From an uncultured Chloroflexia bacterium (GTDB lineage: Bacteria > Chloroflexota > Limnocylindria > QHBO01): DNA of 64,000 bases. The stretch lies in the NCBI GenBank assembly GCA_963814375.1, contig CAWFCQ010000004.1:256001-320000 (forward strand), read 5' to 3'. Below, piece after piece: positions 30,184 to 40,814 of this stretch. Positions within the stretch are counted from its first letter, which is position 1; every line of letters begins with the position of its first letter. The translations under genes were made by a program, and so were the position numbers. The notes under the pieces are model-generated. The model saw nothing but the letters and a program-made list of their open reading frames with translations, ran no database searches and was not told where the DNA came from.

Positions 30184-30331
30184 TCGGCCGGCAGGGTAGC
30201 ACGGACCGGCTCCAGACCGGTCCGCGCGGCTCGATGGTCGTCTGTGGCATCACGGCTCACGACGACGCCCTAGAGCCTCATGTTGCACGCGACGCAACCA
30301 GCCTGTTCAGGCGTCCGCGCCGCTCTGTGGG

Positions 30332-30474
30332 CCGTCCAGATTCACACCAGCTGACCGTTACGCGCGCTCATCTGCCTCGAACCGTCCAGATTCACACCAG
30401 GTGACCGCGACGGGCGGTTCCGACGGTTCGCAAGCCGTTCGGCGGCCTAACGCTCACTCGTGTGAATGTGGACG
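30332..30474. repeat. Composite intergenic repeat element, copy 3
   Basis: CCGTCCAGATTCACACCAGSTGACCG at 30332 and 30382, CGACGGTTCG at 30421, inverted unit TAACGCTCACTCGTGTGAATGTGGACG at 30448-30474. Confidence 0.85.
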
Positions 30475-30556
30475 TTGCGCTGACTCACGCCGCTTGGCAA
30501 GCCATGGTCGTGGCCCCGCTGGAGTGGCGAAGGCGGCGCTCCGTATACTCGGACCG

Positions 30557-31849
30557 ATGGACAGCGCAGAGACCCGCACCGCGGTCCTCGACGATCTGGC
30601 CTGGCGGCGGATGATCGCCGACCACACCGATCTCGACGCGCTGCGGGCCGCGATGGCGGCAGGTCCGGTCTCCTTCTACGGCGGGTTCGACCCGACCGCG
30701 CCGAGCCTCCACTTCGGCAACCTCGTCCTGCTCGTCACGATGCGCCGCCTCCAGCTGGCGGGTCATCGGCCGATCGGGCTCGTGGGCGGGGCGACCGGGC
30801 TCGTGGGCGACCCGAGCGGGAGGACGAGCGAGCGCACGCTCCACGAGCGTGACGTGATCGGGGGCTGGGTCGAGCGCATCCGTTCGCAGGTCGAGCGGTA
30901 CCTGGAGTTCGAGGGCGAGAACGCGGCGATCATCGCCAACAACCTCGAATGGACCGCCGAGATGAGCGCCATCGACTGGCTGCGTGACGTCGGCAAGCAC
31001 TTCAGCGTCAACCGGATGCTCGCCAAGGAAGCGGTCGCCGCCCGGCTCGATGCCGGTGGCATCAGCTACACCGAGTTCAGCTACCAGGTGATGCAGGCAC
31101 TGGACTTCCTCGAGCTCTACCGCCGCCATGGCTGCACGCTTCAGCTCGGAGGCAGCGACCAGTGGGGCAACCTGACCGCCGGGGTCGACCTGATCCGGCG
31201 CGTCGAGGGTGCCCAGGCCCACGCCCTGGCGACGCCGCTCATCACCCGTCCGGACGGCGAGAAGTTCGGCAAGAGCACCGGATCGACGCTTTGGCTCGAC
31301 CCCGCCCTGACCTCGCCGTTCGCGTTCTACCAGTGGTTCGTCAACACCGACGACAGCGTTGCGGGGACCTACCTGCGGGTCTTCAGCTTCCGTTCGAGCG
31401 AGGAGATCGAGGCGCTCGAGCGGTCGGTGGCGGAGCGTCCGGACTCACGCGAGGCTCAGCGGGCCCTGGCGCTCGAAGTGACCGAGCTCGTGCACGGAGC
31501 CGATGCGGCGGCGCGCGCCGCCGCTGCCGCCGAGGCGCTGTTCGGCCGCGGCGACCTCGCAGAGCTCGATGCCGCGACCCTCGAGACGGCCTTCGCCGAC
31601 CTGCCGCGCGCGGACATCGCCGCCGCAAACGGCATCCCGTCGGTCGTCGATCTGCTGGTCGCGACCGGCCTGTCGGAGAGCCGCGGGCAGGCGCGCCGGG
31701 TCCTGGGCGAGGGTGGCGCCTACGTCAACAACGCCCGCGTCACCGATCCTGCGACGGTGCCCGGTCGCGATGAGCTGCTCGCCGGCCGCTGGCTCCTGCT
31801 GCGGCGCGGCAAGCGCAACCTCGCGGTGGCCGAGGTCACCGAGGCATGA
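30557..31849 (+). CDS. tyrS: Tyrosine--tRNA ligase
   Basis: GFDPTAPSLHFGN, GGATGLVGDPSG, EFSYQVMQ, GGSDQWGN, KFGKS, C-terminal S4 domain. Confidence 0.97.
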   Translation: MDSAETRTAVLDDLAWRRMIADHTDLDALRAAMAAGPVSFYGGFDPTAPSLHFGNLVLLVTMRRLQLAGHRPIGLVGGATGLVGDPSGRTSERTLHERDVIGGWVERIRSQVERYLEFEGENAAIIANNLEWTAEMSAIDWLRDVGKHFSVNRMLAKEAVAARLDAGGISYTEFSYQVMQALDFLELYRRHGCTLQLGGSDQWGNLTAGVDLIRRVEGAQAHALATPLITRPDGEKFGKSTGSTLWLDPALTSPFAFYQWFVNTDDSVAGTYLRVFSFRSSEEIEALERSVAERPDSREAQRALALEVTELVHGADAAARAAAAAEALFGRGDLAELDAATLETAFADLPRADIAAANGIPSVVDLLVATGLSESRGQARRVLGEGGAYVNNARVTDPATVPGRDELLAGRWLLLRRGKRNLAVAEVTEA

Positions 31850-32097
31850 AGCTCGCCTTCTTCACGGGCGCCGTGGCATCGGGCTTCGCCGCCGCCGGAC
31901 TGACGGCACTGATCGTCTGGATCGTCACCGTGGTCACCGGCTCAACCGACCCATGGTCGATCGCGCCGGCGCTCGTCGCCGGCGTGGCGGCCATCATCGG
32001 CGTGCTGACCTATCTGGCCGAGCGCTTCATCCACGAGCGAACGCTCGAGCGGAAGCGGGCGACCGGAGAGCCGTGGGCCTACCGGGACGGCGGCTGA
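31846..32097 (+). CDS. Small 2-TM membrane protein
   Basis: ATGA overlap with the tyrS stop; two hydrophobic helices. Confidence 0.65.
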   Translation: MKLAFFTGAVASGFAAAGLTALIVWIVTVVTGSTDPWSIAPALVAGVAAIIGVLTYLAERFIHERTLERKRATGEPWAYRDGG

Positions 32098-32142
32098 GGG
32101 CACGCAAACATCTGAGCGGGGGCAAATAGCCGGGAGAGCGAC

Positions 32143-32835
32143 ATGATCCAGGCAGCCCTCATCGGCGCTCTTGCGCAATCGTCGCTCGTGCTCAGCGGCC
32201 TTGCGGTCTACGCCGTCAAGGTGCCACGCCGCTTCGTGGGGATCCTTGCCGGCTACGGCGCCGGCGCCCTGCTCGGCGCGGTGGCATTCACGTTGATTCC
32301 CGAAAGCGAGGTGCTCAATACGGCCGAGTCGGCCCTCTGGCTCCTCGTCGGGGCGGCGGTGTTCGTGATCGCCGACCGGCTCGTGGAGCTGCGGTTCGGT
32401 GGAGAGGGCGGCGGTGGTGGCGCGATGGGCATCGTCGTTGGCGCAGTCGTTGACGGCGTCCCCGAGTCGGTCATCTTCGGGATCCAGATTGCCTCGGGCC
32501 AGCCACTGAGCGCCGCATTCCTGGCGGCCGTATTCGTCTCGAACATCCCCCAGGCGCTGGCGCCATCGGTGGACCTCGCGGAGTCCGGCTGGTCGCCCGT
32601 CCGCTTAGGCGGCATGTGGGCCATCGTCGTGCTCGCCTGCGGAATCACCGCCGGGCTGGGCTTCTTCCTGGCCGATGCGATCGGGCTCGACGGCGCCCGC
32701 GCGGCGGCCTTCGCGTCGGGTGGGCTGCTGGCGATGATGACGAATTCGCTGATGCCCTTCGCCTTCGAGCGCGGCGGCGCGCTGGCGGGCATTGCCACGG
32801 TCGTCGGGTTCGCCGTCTCGCTCGGCTCGTCCTGA
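32143..32835 (+). CDS. ZIP family metal transporter
   Basis: GAGALLGAV, VDGVPES, VFVSNIPQAL, GGLLAMMTNSLMP. Confidence 0.85.
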   Translation: MIQAALIGALAQSSLVLSGLAVYAVKVPRRFVGILAGYGAGALLGAVAFTLIPESEVLNTAESALWLLVGAAVFVIADRLVELRFGGEGGGGGAMGIVVGAVVDGVPESVIFGIQIASGQPLSAAFLAAVFVSNIPQALAPSVDLAESGWSPVRLGGMWAIVVLACGITAGLGFFLADAIGLDGARAAAFASGGLLAMMTNSLMPFAFERGGALAGIATVVGFAVSLGSS

Positions 32836-32859
32836 CCGCCGCCATCGGCGAGGCGAGGC

Positions 32860-34941
32860 TCAGTGGCCGGCACGCTCCGCGCCGTGGCCATTCTTCGACG
32901 CCTCGGCCACGACCTTCTCGGCGATGGTGTGCGGCACCTCGGCATAGTGATCGAGCTTCCAGCTGAAGCGACCGCGGCCCTGGGTGATCGATCGCAGCTC
33001 GGTGGCGTAGTGGAACATCTCGGCCTGCGGGACCTGCGCCTTGAGGTGCTGGAGGCCATCCGCGGAGTCCATGCCGAGGACGTGCCCTCGCTTCGAGGTG
33101 ATCTGGCCCATGACGTCGCCCATGTACTCGTCCGGCACGACGATGTCGACCTCGAGGATCGGCTCCAGAAGCGCCGGTGACGCCGCATCGAACGCCCTCT
33201 TGAGCGCCTGGCTTGCGGCGACCTTGAACGCCATCTCCGAGCTGTCCACGGTGTGGTACGAGCCGTCGACCAGGGTGGCCTGGAGGTCGACCACCGGGTA
33301 GCCGGCCAGGACGCCCTCGGCCATCGCCTCGCGTAGCCCCTTCTCGACGGCCGGGATGTACTGCTTCGGCACGGCGCCGCCCACGATTCGGTCGCCGAAC
33401 TGGAAGCCCGTGCCCATCTCGGCGGGCGCGAACTCGATGACGACATGTCCGAACTGGCCGTGGCCGCCGGTCTGGCGCTTGAAGCGGTTGTCGATGCGCG
33501 CCGCCTGGCGGATGGTCTCGCGGTACGGGACGCGAGGGGTGGCGGTCTTCACCGCGGCGCCGAACTTGCGCTTCAGCCGATCGACGATCACGTCGACGTG
33601 GGCGTCGCCCATCGCGGTCAGGATCGTCTCGCCGGTGCCGTCCTCGCGATGGATGCGCACCGTCGGCTCCTCCTCGCTGAGCCGATGCAGCGCCGGGCCG
33701 AGCTTGTCGAGGTCGGCCTTCGTCTCCGGTTCGATGGCGACCTGGAGCGACGGTTCGGGGAAGGCAAATGACGCCAGCTCCACCGCCTTGGCCTTGTCGG
33801 CCACGAGCGTGTCACCTGCCGATGTCGACGACAGCTTCGCGACTGCCGCAATGTCGCCCGGGCCGATCTTCGCGAGGTTTTCCTGGTCCTTGCCCTGCAC
33901 CGAGAGGATGTTGCCGATCCGTTCCTCTTCCCTGCGGTTGACGTTGTAGACGTGCCCCTGTCCCGACATCGAGCCGGAGACGACTCGGAAATAGGTGAGG
34001 CGGCCGACGAACGGGTCGGCGGTGGCCTTGAAGACCTGCGCCACGAACGGTCCGTTCGGGTCGGGAGCGATCTCCGAGCCGTCGACCGTGGTCCGCGACC
34101 CGACCTCGGCGGGGGAGGGAACGTGCTTGGCGATCATCGCGATCAGCTCGCGGACCCCGATGTTCTTGGTGGCCGAGCCGACGAAGACGGGGACGACCGA
34201 GCCCTCACGCGTGCCCTTGTGCAGCGCCGACTCGATCTCCTCGTCGGTGAAGGCCTCGCCGTCGAGGTACTTCATCATCAGCTCGTCGCTTGCCTCGGCG
34301 GCGGCCTCGACCAGGGCATCGCGCCGCGAGTGCTCGATGCCCTCCAGCTCGGCCGGGATCGGCACCTCCTTCGGCGTGCCGCCCTCGTACACGTTGGCGT
34401 GCTCCTCGATGACGTCGACGTAGCCGTTGAAGGTCTCGGCCGAGCCGATCGGGAGGTAGACCGGCGCGATCTTGGGGCCGAAGCGCGCCTTGAGGGCGTC
34501 CAACGTGGCGTCGTAGTTCGCGTTCTCGCGGTCCATCTTGTTGATGAAGATCATCCGTGGCAGGCCCCGCGCGTCCGCGAGCCGCCACACCTCCTCCGTG
34601 CCGACCTCGACCCCGGCCGATGCGTCGATCACGACGATCGCCGCATCGACAGCGGCCAGCGCCTCGACGACGTCGGCCTGGAAGTCGGCGTAACCGGGAG
34701 TGTCGACGATGGTGATGCGCGTGCCATCGTGCTCGATCGTGCCGATCGCGAGGTTGATGCTCTGCCCGCGCTTCTGCTCGTCCTGATCCCAGTCGAGCGT
34801 CGTCGTGCCCGATTCAACGTTGCCGAGACGCTGGATCGCGCCGGCGTCGAAGAGCATCGCCTCGGCGAGGCTCGTCTTGCCGGCGCCGCCGTGGGAGATG
34901 AGGGCGACGTTCCGGATGCGATCGGGGGTGGTGGGCTTCAT
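32860..34941 (-). CDS. fusA2: Elongation factor G paralogue (EF-G2 type)
   Basis: SHGGAGKTSL, RGQSI, DTPGYADF, NKMD, RQTGGHGQFG, DSSEMAF; AAGGAG SD. Confidence 0.92.
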   Translation of the reverse strand: MKPTTPDRIRNVALISHGGAGKTSLAEAMLFDAGAIQRLGNVESGTTTLDWDQDEQKRGQSINLAIGTIEHDGTRITIVDTPGYADFQADVVEALAAVDAAIVVIDASAGVEVGTEEVWRLADARGLPRMIFINKMDRENANYDATLDALKARFGPKIAPVYLPIGSAETFNGYVDVIEEHANVYEGGTPKEVPIPAELEGIEHSRRDALVEAAAEASDELMMKYLDGEAFTDEEIESALHKGTREGSVVPVFVGSATKNIGVRELIAMIAKHVPSPAEVGSRTTVDGSEIAPDPNGPFVAQVFKATADPFVGRLTYFRVVSGSMSGQGHVYNVNRREEERIGNILSVQGKDQENLAKIGPGDIAAVAKLSSTSAGDTLVADKAKAVELASFAFPEPSLQVAIEPETKADLDKLGPALHRLSEEEPTVRIHREDGTGETILTAMGDAHVDVIVDRLKRKFGAAVKTATPRVPYRETIRQAARIDNRFKRQTGGHGQFGHVVIEFAPAEMGTGFQFGDRIVGGAVPKQYIPAVEKGLREAMAEGVLAGYPVVDLQATLVDGSYHTVDSSEMAFKVAASQALKRAFDAASPALLEPILEVDIVVPDEYMGDVMGQITSKRGHVLGMDSADGLQHLKAQVPQAEMFHYATELRSITQGRGRFSWKLDHYAEVPHTIAEKVVAEASKNGHGAERAGH

Positions 34942-35088
34942 CGGTGCTCCTTGGGCGTGCATCGCTGAGCGCTGCCGAGGCCGAAGGATCCCGCCTCGGG
35001 CGGTGGGTAGCCGAGTGGAACGGCCATTATAGAAGCGGAGCTTCTTTCACCCCGTGACTTCATCCGGCCGCGGCACGATGATGCGCCT

Positions 35089-35793
35089 GTGACGAATCGA
35101 CGCCGACGCCTCATCGAGGCATTCGTGGCGCCCGACAGCTACGGGTTGGTGCTCGCGCTCATCATCCTGACGTACGTGCTGGCGGTGGCACAGGGCACGT
35201 CGGCTGTTCTCGGCGCGGTCGTCGTGCTGGTCCAGGTCGCGACCGTCTGGTTCGTGCTCATCACCGCCCGGGCGAATCAGGCGGCTCGAAGCGTGGCACT
35301 GGCGGTCCTCGTGCTTTCTGGCGTCGTCGCCGTCGCCGGCGGCATCGTCGGTGGTGGCGTGTCCGAGCTATTGATCCTCCTAGCCAGCACGGTCCTGTAT
35401 CTCATCGCGCCGGTCGTGGTCGTGCGGCACCTCGTGGCGCGCTCCGTCGTCGACCGCGAGACGTTGCTCGGCGTCATCGCCGCCTACCTCCTCATCGGCA
35501 TGTCCTTCGCCTTCGTGTTTCGCCTGGTGGGGGCTCTCGATCCGGCGCCATTCTTCGGCGCGGGCGGGGAGGCGACGCCGCCGCAGGCGCTCTTCTTCAG
35601 CTTCACCACGCTCTCGACGACCGGGTTCGGCAATCTCGTCCCCGCTGCCAGCACCGGGCAGACGCTGGCCGTCGCCGAGATGATCATCGGCCAGCTCTTC
35701 CTGATCACGGCCCTCGGCAAGGTCGTCTCCGTGTGGTCGCCGATCGGCCGGAGCCGCAGCAACGAAGAGGCGGGCGGCGCCCCACGCCATTGA
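35089..35793 (+). CDS. Potassium channel-family membrane protein (Ion_trans_2)
   Basis: LFFSFTTLSTTGFGNLVP pore-like signature, AYLLIGMSFA, AEMIIGQLFL. Confidence 0.85.
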   Translation: MTNRRRRLIEAFVAPDSYGLVLALIILTYVLAVAQGTSAVLGAVVVLVQVATVWFVLITARANQAARSVALAVLVLSGVVAVAGGIVGGGVSELLILLASTVLYLIAPVVVVRHLVARSVVDRETLLGVIAAYLLIGMSFAFVFRLVGALDPAPFFGAGGEATPPQALFFSFTTLSTTGFGNLVPAASTGQTLAVAEMIIGQLFLITALGKVVSVWSPIGRSRSNEEAGGAPRH

Positions 35794-35884
35794 CCATCGG
35801 CGGCAGCCGGCCATCTGCGACCGTATGATGGCCGCGACCCTCCCGCAGCCGATGCCACGGCGTCACCGTCTATCCGGAGGCTCG

Positions 35885-36850
35885 ATGAACCCGACGATGG
35901 AGCCGACCTCAGCGCCCCCCAAGGCCATGGTCTGGATCGAGGGTGGAAGCTTCCGGATGGGCTCGGAGGACTTCTATCCGGAGGAGCGGCCGGTGCATAC
36001 CGTCGCGGTCGACGGCTTCTGGATCGATGAGCACGAGGTGACCGTGGCCGAGTTCCGGCGCTTCGTGAAGGCGACGGGCCACGTGACGGTCGCCGAGCGT
36101 CCGCTCGATCCCGCGGAGTACCCCGACGCCGATCCGAGCCTGCTCAAGCCCGGCGCGATGGTGTTCCGGAAGCGATCCGGACCGGTCAACCTCGACGACT
36201 ATCGCAACTGGTGGGAGTACGTCCCCGGGGCGTCCTGGCGCCACCCCGAAGGCCCGGGGAGCACGCTCGACGGCCGGGAGAGGCATCCGGTGGTGCACGT
36301 CGCCTGGGAGGATGTCGACGCCTACGCGCACTGGGCCGACAAGGAGCTTCCCACGGAGGCGGAGTGGGAGTTCGCCGCGCGCGGCGGGCTGGATGGCGCG
36401 ACCTTCACCTGGGGCGACGAGTTCGCCCCCAAGGGGAGGATGATGGCGAACACCTGGCAGGGGGAGTTCCCATGGCAGAACCTCCTCGAGGACCGCTACG
36501 AGGGCACCGCGCCGGTAATGTCGTTCCCACCCAACGCCTACGGCCTGTTCGACATGGCGGGCAACGTCTGGGAGTGGACGTCGGACTTCTACACGCCGCG
36601 TCACCCTGGCGAAGTCGCCGATGCGTGCTGCGGCCCGCCCTCTAATCCCCGCGTCAGCTCACCGGCCCAGAGCTACAACGTCGGGCAGCCCGGTGAGCAG
36701 TTCCCGCGGCATGTCGTCAAGGGCGGATCGCACCTGTGCGCGCCGAACTATTGCCTTCGGTACCGGCCCGCAGCCCGCCAGGCGCAATCGATCGAGACAT
36801 CGATGGCGCACCTCGGCTTTCGCTGCATCATCCGTCCCGGCACGCAATGA
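35885..36850 (+). CDS. Formylglycine-generating enzyme (sulfatase maturase)
   Basis: FRMGS..YPEE, HPVVHV, LPTEAEWE, GNVWEW, KGGSHLCAPNYCLRYRPAAR, GFRC. Confidence 0.93.
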   Translation: MNPTMEPTSAPPKAMVWIEGGSFRMGSEDFYPEERPVHTVAVDGFWIDEHEVTVAEFRRFVKATGHVTVAERPLDPAEYPDADPSLLKPGAMVFRKRSGPVNLDDYRNWWEYVPGASWRHPEGPGSTLDGRERHPVVHVAWEDVDAYAHWADKELPTEAEWEFAARGGLDGATFTWGDEFAPKGRMMANTWQGEFPWQNLLEDRYEGTAPVMSFPPNAYGLFDMAGNVWEWTSDFYTPRHPGEVADACCGPPSNPRVSSPAQSYNVGQPGEQFPRHVVKGGSHLCAPNYCLRYRPAARQAQSIETSMAHLGFRCIIRPGTQ

Positions 36851-36937
36851 CGTAGGAGAGGAGACGGCGGATCGCGTGATAATCTGCCTCGCCGCAGGCC
36901 GCGGCTGATTCATGCCGCACTGAACGGGAGAGCCCGG

Positions 36938-37390
36938 ATGACAGGTCAGGCGACAACGCCGCTGCTCGACGTCGGTCGAGCCGGGCGAACCTTCGGCGTG
37001 CTGCTGGTGGCCGTGCTGGTGACGGCATGTGTCGAGGATGGTCCGTTCCAGCTCTCCTGGGGCGAGGCCCTCGGGGCGATGCTCGTCTTCTTCCTGCTGT
37101 TCGCGGCGGTGTGGATCTTCATCTCGCTCTTCGCCGACATCATTCGCCGTCACGACCTCGGTGGGGGAGCGAAGGCCGGCTGGGTCCTGGTTCTCGTCAT
37201 CCTGCCGTTGCTCGGATCGCTCATCTACATCGCCGTCCGTCCGAAGGTGACCGAGAAGGACCGATATCTCCAGGCACGCTCGGAAGAGATGACGGACTAC
37301 GAGTTCGTCGCCCAGCTCAACGAGATGAAGGCCACGGGCAAGATCTCCGACGCCGACTACGACGAGTACCTGCGGAACCTCAAGCGCTGA
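36938..37390 (+). CDS. PLDc_N plus SHOCT membrane protein
   Basis: ADIIRRHDLGGGAKAGWVLVLVILPLLGSLIY; LNEMKATGKISDADYDE. Confidence 0.8.
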   Translation: MTGQATTPLLDVGRAGRTFGVLLVAVLVTACVEDGPFQLSWGEALGAMLVFFLLFAAVWIFISLFADIIRRHDLGGGAKAGWVLVLVILPLLGSLIYIAVRPKVTEKDRYLQARSEEMTDYEFVAQLNEMKATGKISDADYDEYLRNLKR

Positions 37391-37403
37391 GCCCCGAACC
37401 GTC

Positions 37404-39561
37404 GTGACCCCTGCCGGATCGGCGGCGACCGGGGTGCCTGCGTGGCTCCACCGCGCGGGCGCCATCAGCTGGCGATTCCTCGCCATCGCGGGTCTGGGCG
37501 CCGTGCTGATCTGGACGGCGTTCCTGCTCGGGACGGTCACTGCGTCTGTCCTGCTCGCGCTGATCGTCTCCGCCACGGTCGCGCCCCTGGTACGGAGGCT
37601 TCGGGCGCGGGGCTGGTCGAAGAGCGGATCGGCGGCGGCCATGACAGCGGCGGCCCTGGGTGTCGGCCTGGGCGTCGTCCTGCTCTTGCTTCTGGCGTTG
37701 GTGCCCGACATGCCCGGCGTCGTTTCAGCGATCCAGACCGGCCTCGACGAGATCCGGGACCAGCTGTCGTCGGTGTCGGTGCCGCCTGACGTCGCCGCGA
37801 GGATCCAGGACGTGGCGTCCGGCGTCGCGTCGTGGATAGCCGGGTGGGTCGGCTCCATCGTGGGCTCGATTGCTGGCACTGTCACGGTCGTCATCCTGGC
37901 CCTGTTCCTCACCTACTACATGCTCACCGACGGGGATAGGGCCTGGGCCTGGGTGCTCCAGGGGACGGCGGGGGAGCGGCGCAGCCGGATCGAGGCGAGT
38001 GGGCACGACGCGCTCGAGCGCGTGGGTGGATACCTTCGAGGTACAGCCGTGGTGTCGGCCGCGCGCGCGATCGCATTCGGCGTGTATCTGGAGGTCCTCG
38101 GGGTACCCCACGCGTTGCCACTCGCGGTGCTCGTGTTCGTCGGCGGGTTCATTCCCTACCTCGGGGGACTCGTCGCGATGGTGACGGTGCTCATCGTCGC
38201 CCTCGGATCGGTGGGGCCGTCGATTACGCTCCTTCTGCTGGGACTCATGGCGGGGACGAACGCCCTCATCGCCAATCTTCTCCGACCAAGGGTGTACGGC
38301 AGCTCGGTACACCTGCACCCTGCAATCGTTCTCATCGTTCTTCCGATCGGCGGAGCCGTCGCAGGGATCATCGGCCTGATCGCGGCCATCCCCGTGGCGG
38401 CCATCATCGCGGCCATCGGAGGAGCGATCGTCGCCGCCCTGGAGCCGGATCGCGTGCCCGGACAGGATCGAGAGGTATCCGGCTGGGTGGATCGCCTCGC
38501 CCAATGGAGCTGGCGACTGCTGGCCGCGATGGCCTCCGCGGCCGTCGTGCTGTTCGTGATCGGGCAGGCTCCGCTCGTCGTCACCCCCGTGGTGCTGGCC
38601 GCGATCATCGCGGCCACCGTTGCGCCCCTCGCGCGCGCTCTTCGCGAGCGCGGCTGGGGCCCGAGCAGAGCCGCCATGGCCGTCACCGGCAGCGCCTACC
38701 TCGTCATCCTCGCCCTGGTCGTCCTGGCCATCACCCAGCTGGCCGCCCCGCTCGGCGACGCGATCCGTTCATCGGTCGCGGGCGCTGAACAGCTCGAGGA
38801 TGACGCGGCGGGCACGCTCGGATGGGTGGGTTCCCTCGCTCGCGTCATCGGGAGCGACATGCTCGGCGTGTTCGCGGCCGTCCTGGAGGCCGTCGCGGCC
38901 GTCGGCATCGTTCTCGTCCTCGCCGCGCTTCTGTCGTTCTACCTCGTGCGGGATGCGCCGACGGCGTGGGAGTGCGGTGCTGAAGCGGACGAAGCCGTGG
39001 CGGCGAGACGCGATCGACGATACCGGTCGGCATTCGGCAGGCCTCCTGGGCAGCTACATGCTGGGCACGGCGGCCATCTCGGCGGTTGGCGCGATCGCTC
39101 AGCTGGCGATCATGCTCATCCTGGGACTCCCATTCGCGGTCCCCATCGCCATCCTCTCGTTTATCGCGTGCTTCATTCCCTACATCGGCGGATTCATCAC
39201 GACGGGGATGGCGTTCCTCATCGCCGTCGCCTTCGGCACGCCGACGGAGATCGCGATCATGTTCGTCTACACGATCGTCATCAACATCGTGCAGGGCAAT
39301 GTCGTCACGCCCCTCGTCTACGGGCGCGCCGTCAACCTGCACCCCGCTGTGGTCCTGCTTGCAATTCCCGCCGGTGGCGCCGTGGCAGGCATCGCGGGGA
39401 TGTTCCTGGCCGTGCCGCTGCTGGCACTGGTCGCGGCCTCATGGCGCACGGTCCTCTACGTGATGGGCGACCGACCGACGACACCGCCGCCCGTGGATCC
39501 GCAGCCGGCCGGCGTCGCTGCATCGGCGCCGGCGCTCGAGCCGAGCCCTGGCGCAAGCTGA
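37404..39561 (+). CDS. Tandem double-domain AI-2E family transporter (+1 frameshift at ~38973)
   Basis: Two repeats of SWR..LA / FIPYxGG / LHPAxV / GIxG; second half continues in ORF 38620..39561. Confidence 0.85.
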
Positions 39562-39820
39562 CTGACCCGGGCCTCGTGGCCGAGCAGCCGCGTACGCTAC
39601 AGTACATACGCGACGGACCCGCGGCATTCCCCTGGCGGTGAATGCGGACACTCACCCGTTCCGGACGATGCATTTCGCGTCCATACCGGCCGCGTCGAGG
39701 ACCGCGGAGTAGCATGGCGTCGAGCCGATACATCCTCCGCAAGTCGCTCCATCCGCGGGGGCCATCGAAACGTAGTGGAAGCGAAGGCCCGCACCGGGCC
39801 CGCAAGAGGAGGACCTTGGC

Positions 39821-40292
39821 ATGGCTCTCGGACCCATCGAGCTGCTGGTACTGAAGTTTCCCGGGAACCAGTTCAAGGGCGAGATCGCTCCCGCACTGCA
39901 GGAGCTCGTCGACAACGGGACGATTCACGTGATCGACCTGATCTTCGCGATCAAGGACGAAGCAGGCGACCTCGCCGTCCTGGAGCTGAACGAACTGGGA
40001 GACGAGCAGCTCGCCGTCTTCACACCGAAGGAATCCGAGCTGAGCGGATCGCTCACCGAGGACGACGCACGGAGCCTCGCGGGCGGCCTGGAGAACAACT
40101 CGTCTGCGGCGATCATGCTCTTCGAGAACACGTGGGCGGCACGATTCGCCGATGCGGTCAGCCAACGCGAATGGCGAGCTGATCCTCAACGAGCGCATCC
40201 CACGAGCCGTCATCCAGGAGCTGATCGCCGAGGTGCGTGCCGCTTCCAGCGAAGCGACCGAAGTCGGCCAGGAAACCGGCACCCCCGCATAG
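39821..40292 (+). CDS. DUF6325/DUF1269 family protein (+1 frameshift at ~40162)
   Basis: MALGPIELLVLKFPGNQFKGEIAPAL...LFENTWA, repaired tail NANGELILNERIP; GAGGAGG SD. Confidence 0.85.
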
Positions 40293-40319
40293 CCAGACCT
40301 GAGAAGGAGAGCAACGATC

Positions 40320-40667
40320 ATGAGACGCCGTCGAGGTGGATTGGTTGGAACCATGGCGCGGACCGCGGTAATCGCGGGCACGGCATCGGCCGTGGCTGGT
40401 GGAGTGCACCACCGCCAGGCGCAGAGGTGGGAGGGCCAGGAGGCCGAGCAGCAGGCCGCAGCACAGCAGGAGGCGGACGCTGCGGCCTACCAGCAGCAGC
40501 TGGCGGCGCAGCAGGCACAGCAGGCCACAGCGGCGACCGCCGCGGCCGCAGCCGCTCCGGGAACGCCCGACATGATCGCCCAGATCCAGCAGCTCGCGAC
40601 GCTCAAGGCCCAGGGGATTCTCTCGGAAGCGGAGTTCGAGGCCGCGAAGGCAAAGCTCCTGACGTGA
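40320..40667 (+). CDS. SHOCT domain protein
   Basis: GLVGTMARTAVIAGTASAV...LATLKAQGILSEAEFEAAKAKLL. Confidence 0.88.
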   Translation: MRRRRGGLVGTMARTAVIAGTASAVAGGVHHRQAQRWEGQEAEQQAAAQQEADAAAYQQQLAAQQAQQATAATAAAAAAPGTPDMIAQIQQLATLKAQGILSEAEFEAAKAKLLT

Positions 40668-40814
40668 GCCGAGCGCGGGCGGGCATCCGCCCGCCCGAGA
40701 AACACCGCGTTAGACGAGTCTCAGGGGGTGGGCCGCCCGACCGGTGTCGGGCGGCAACTAGAACGTGGGCGGCGGCGAGACCCGTGCAGCCGAGGCCGAC
40801 AGGAGCAGAGAACC

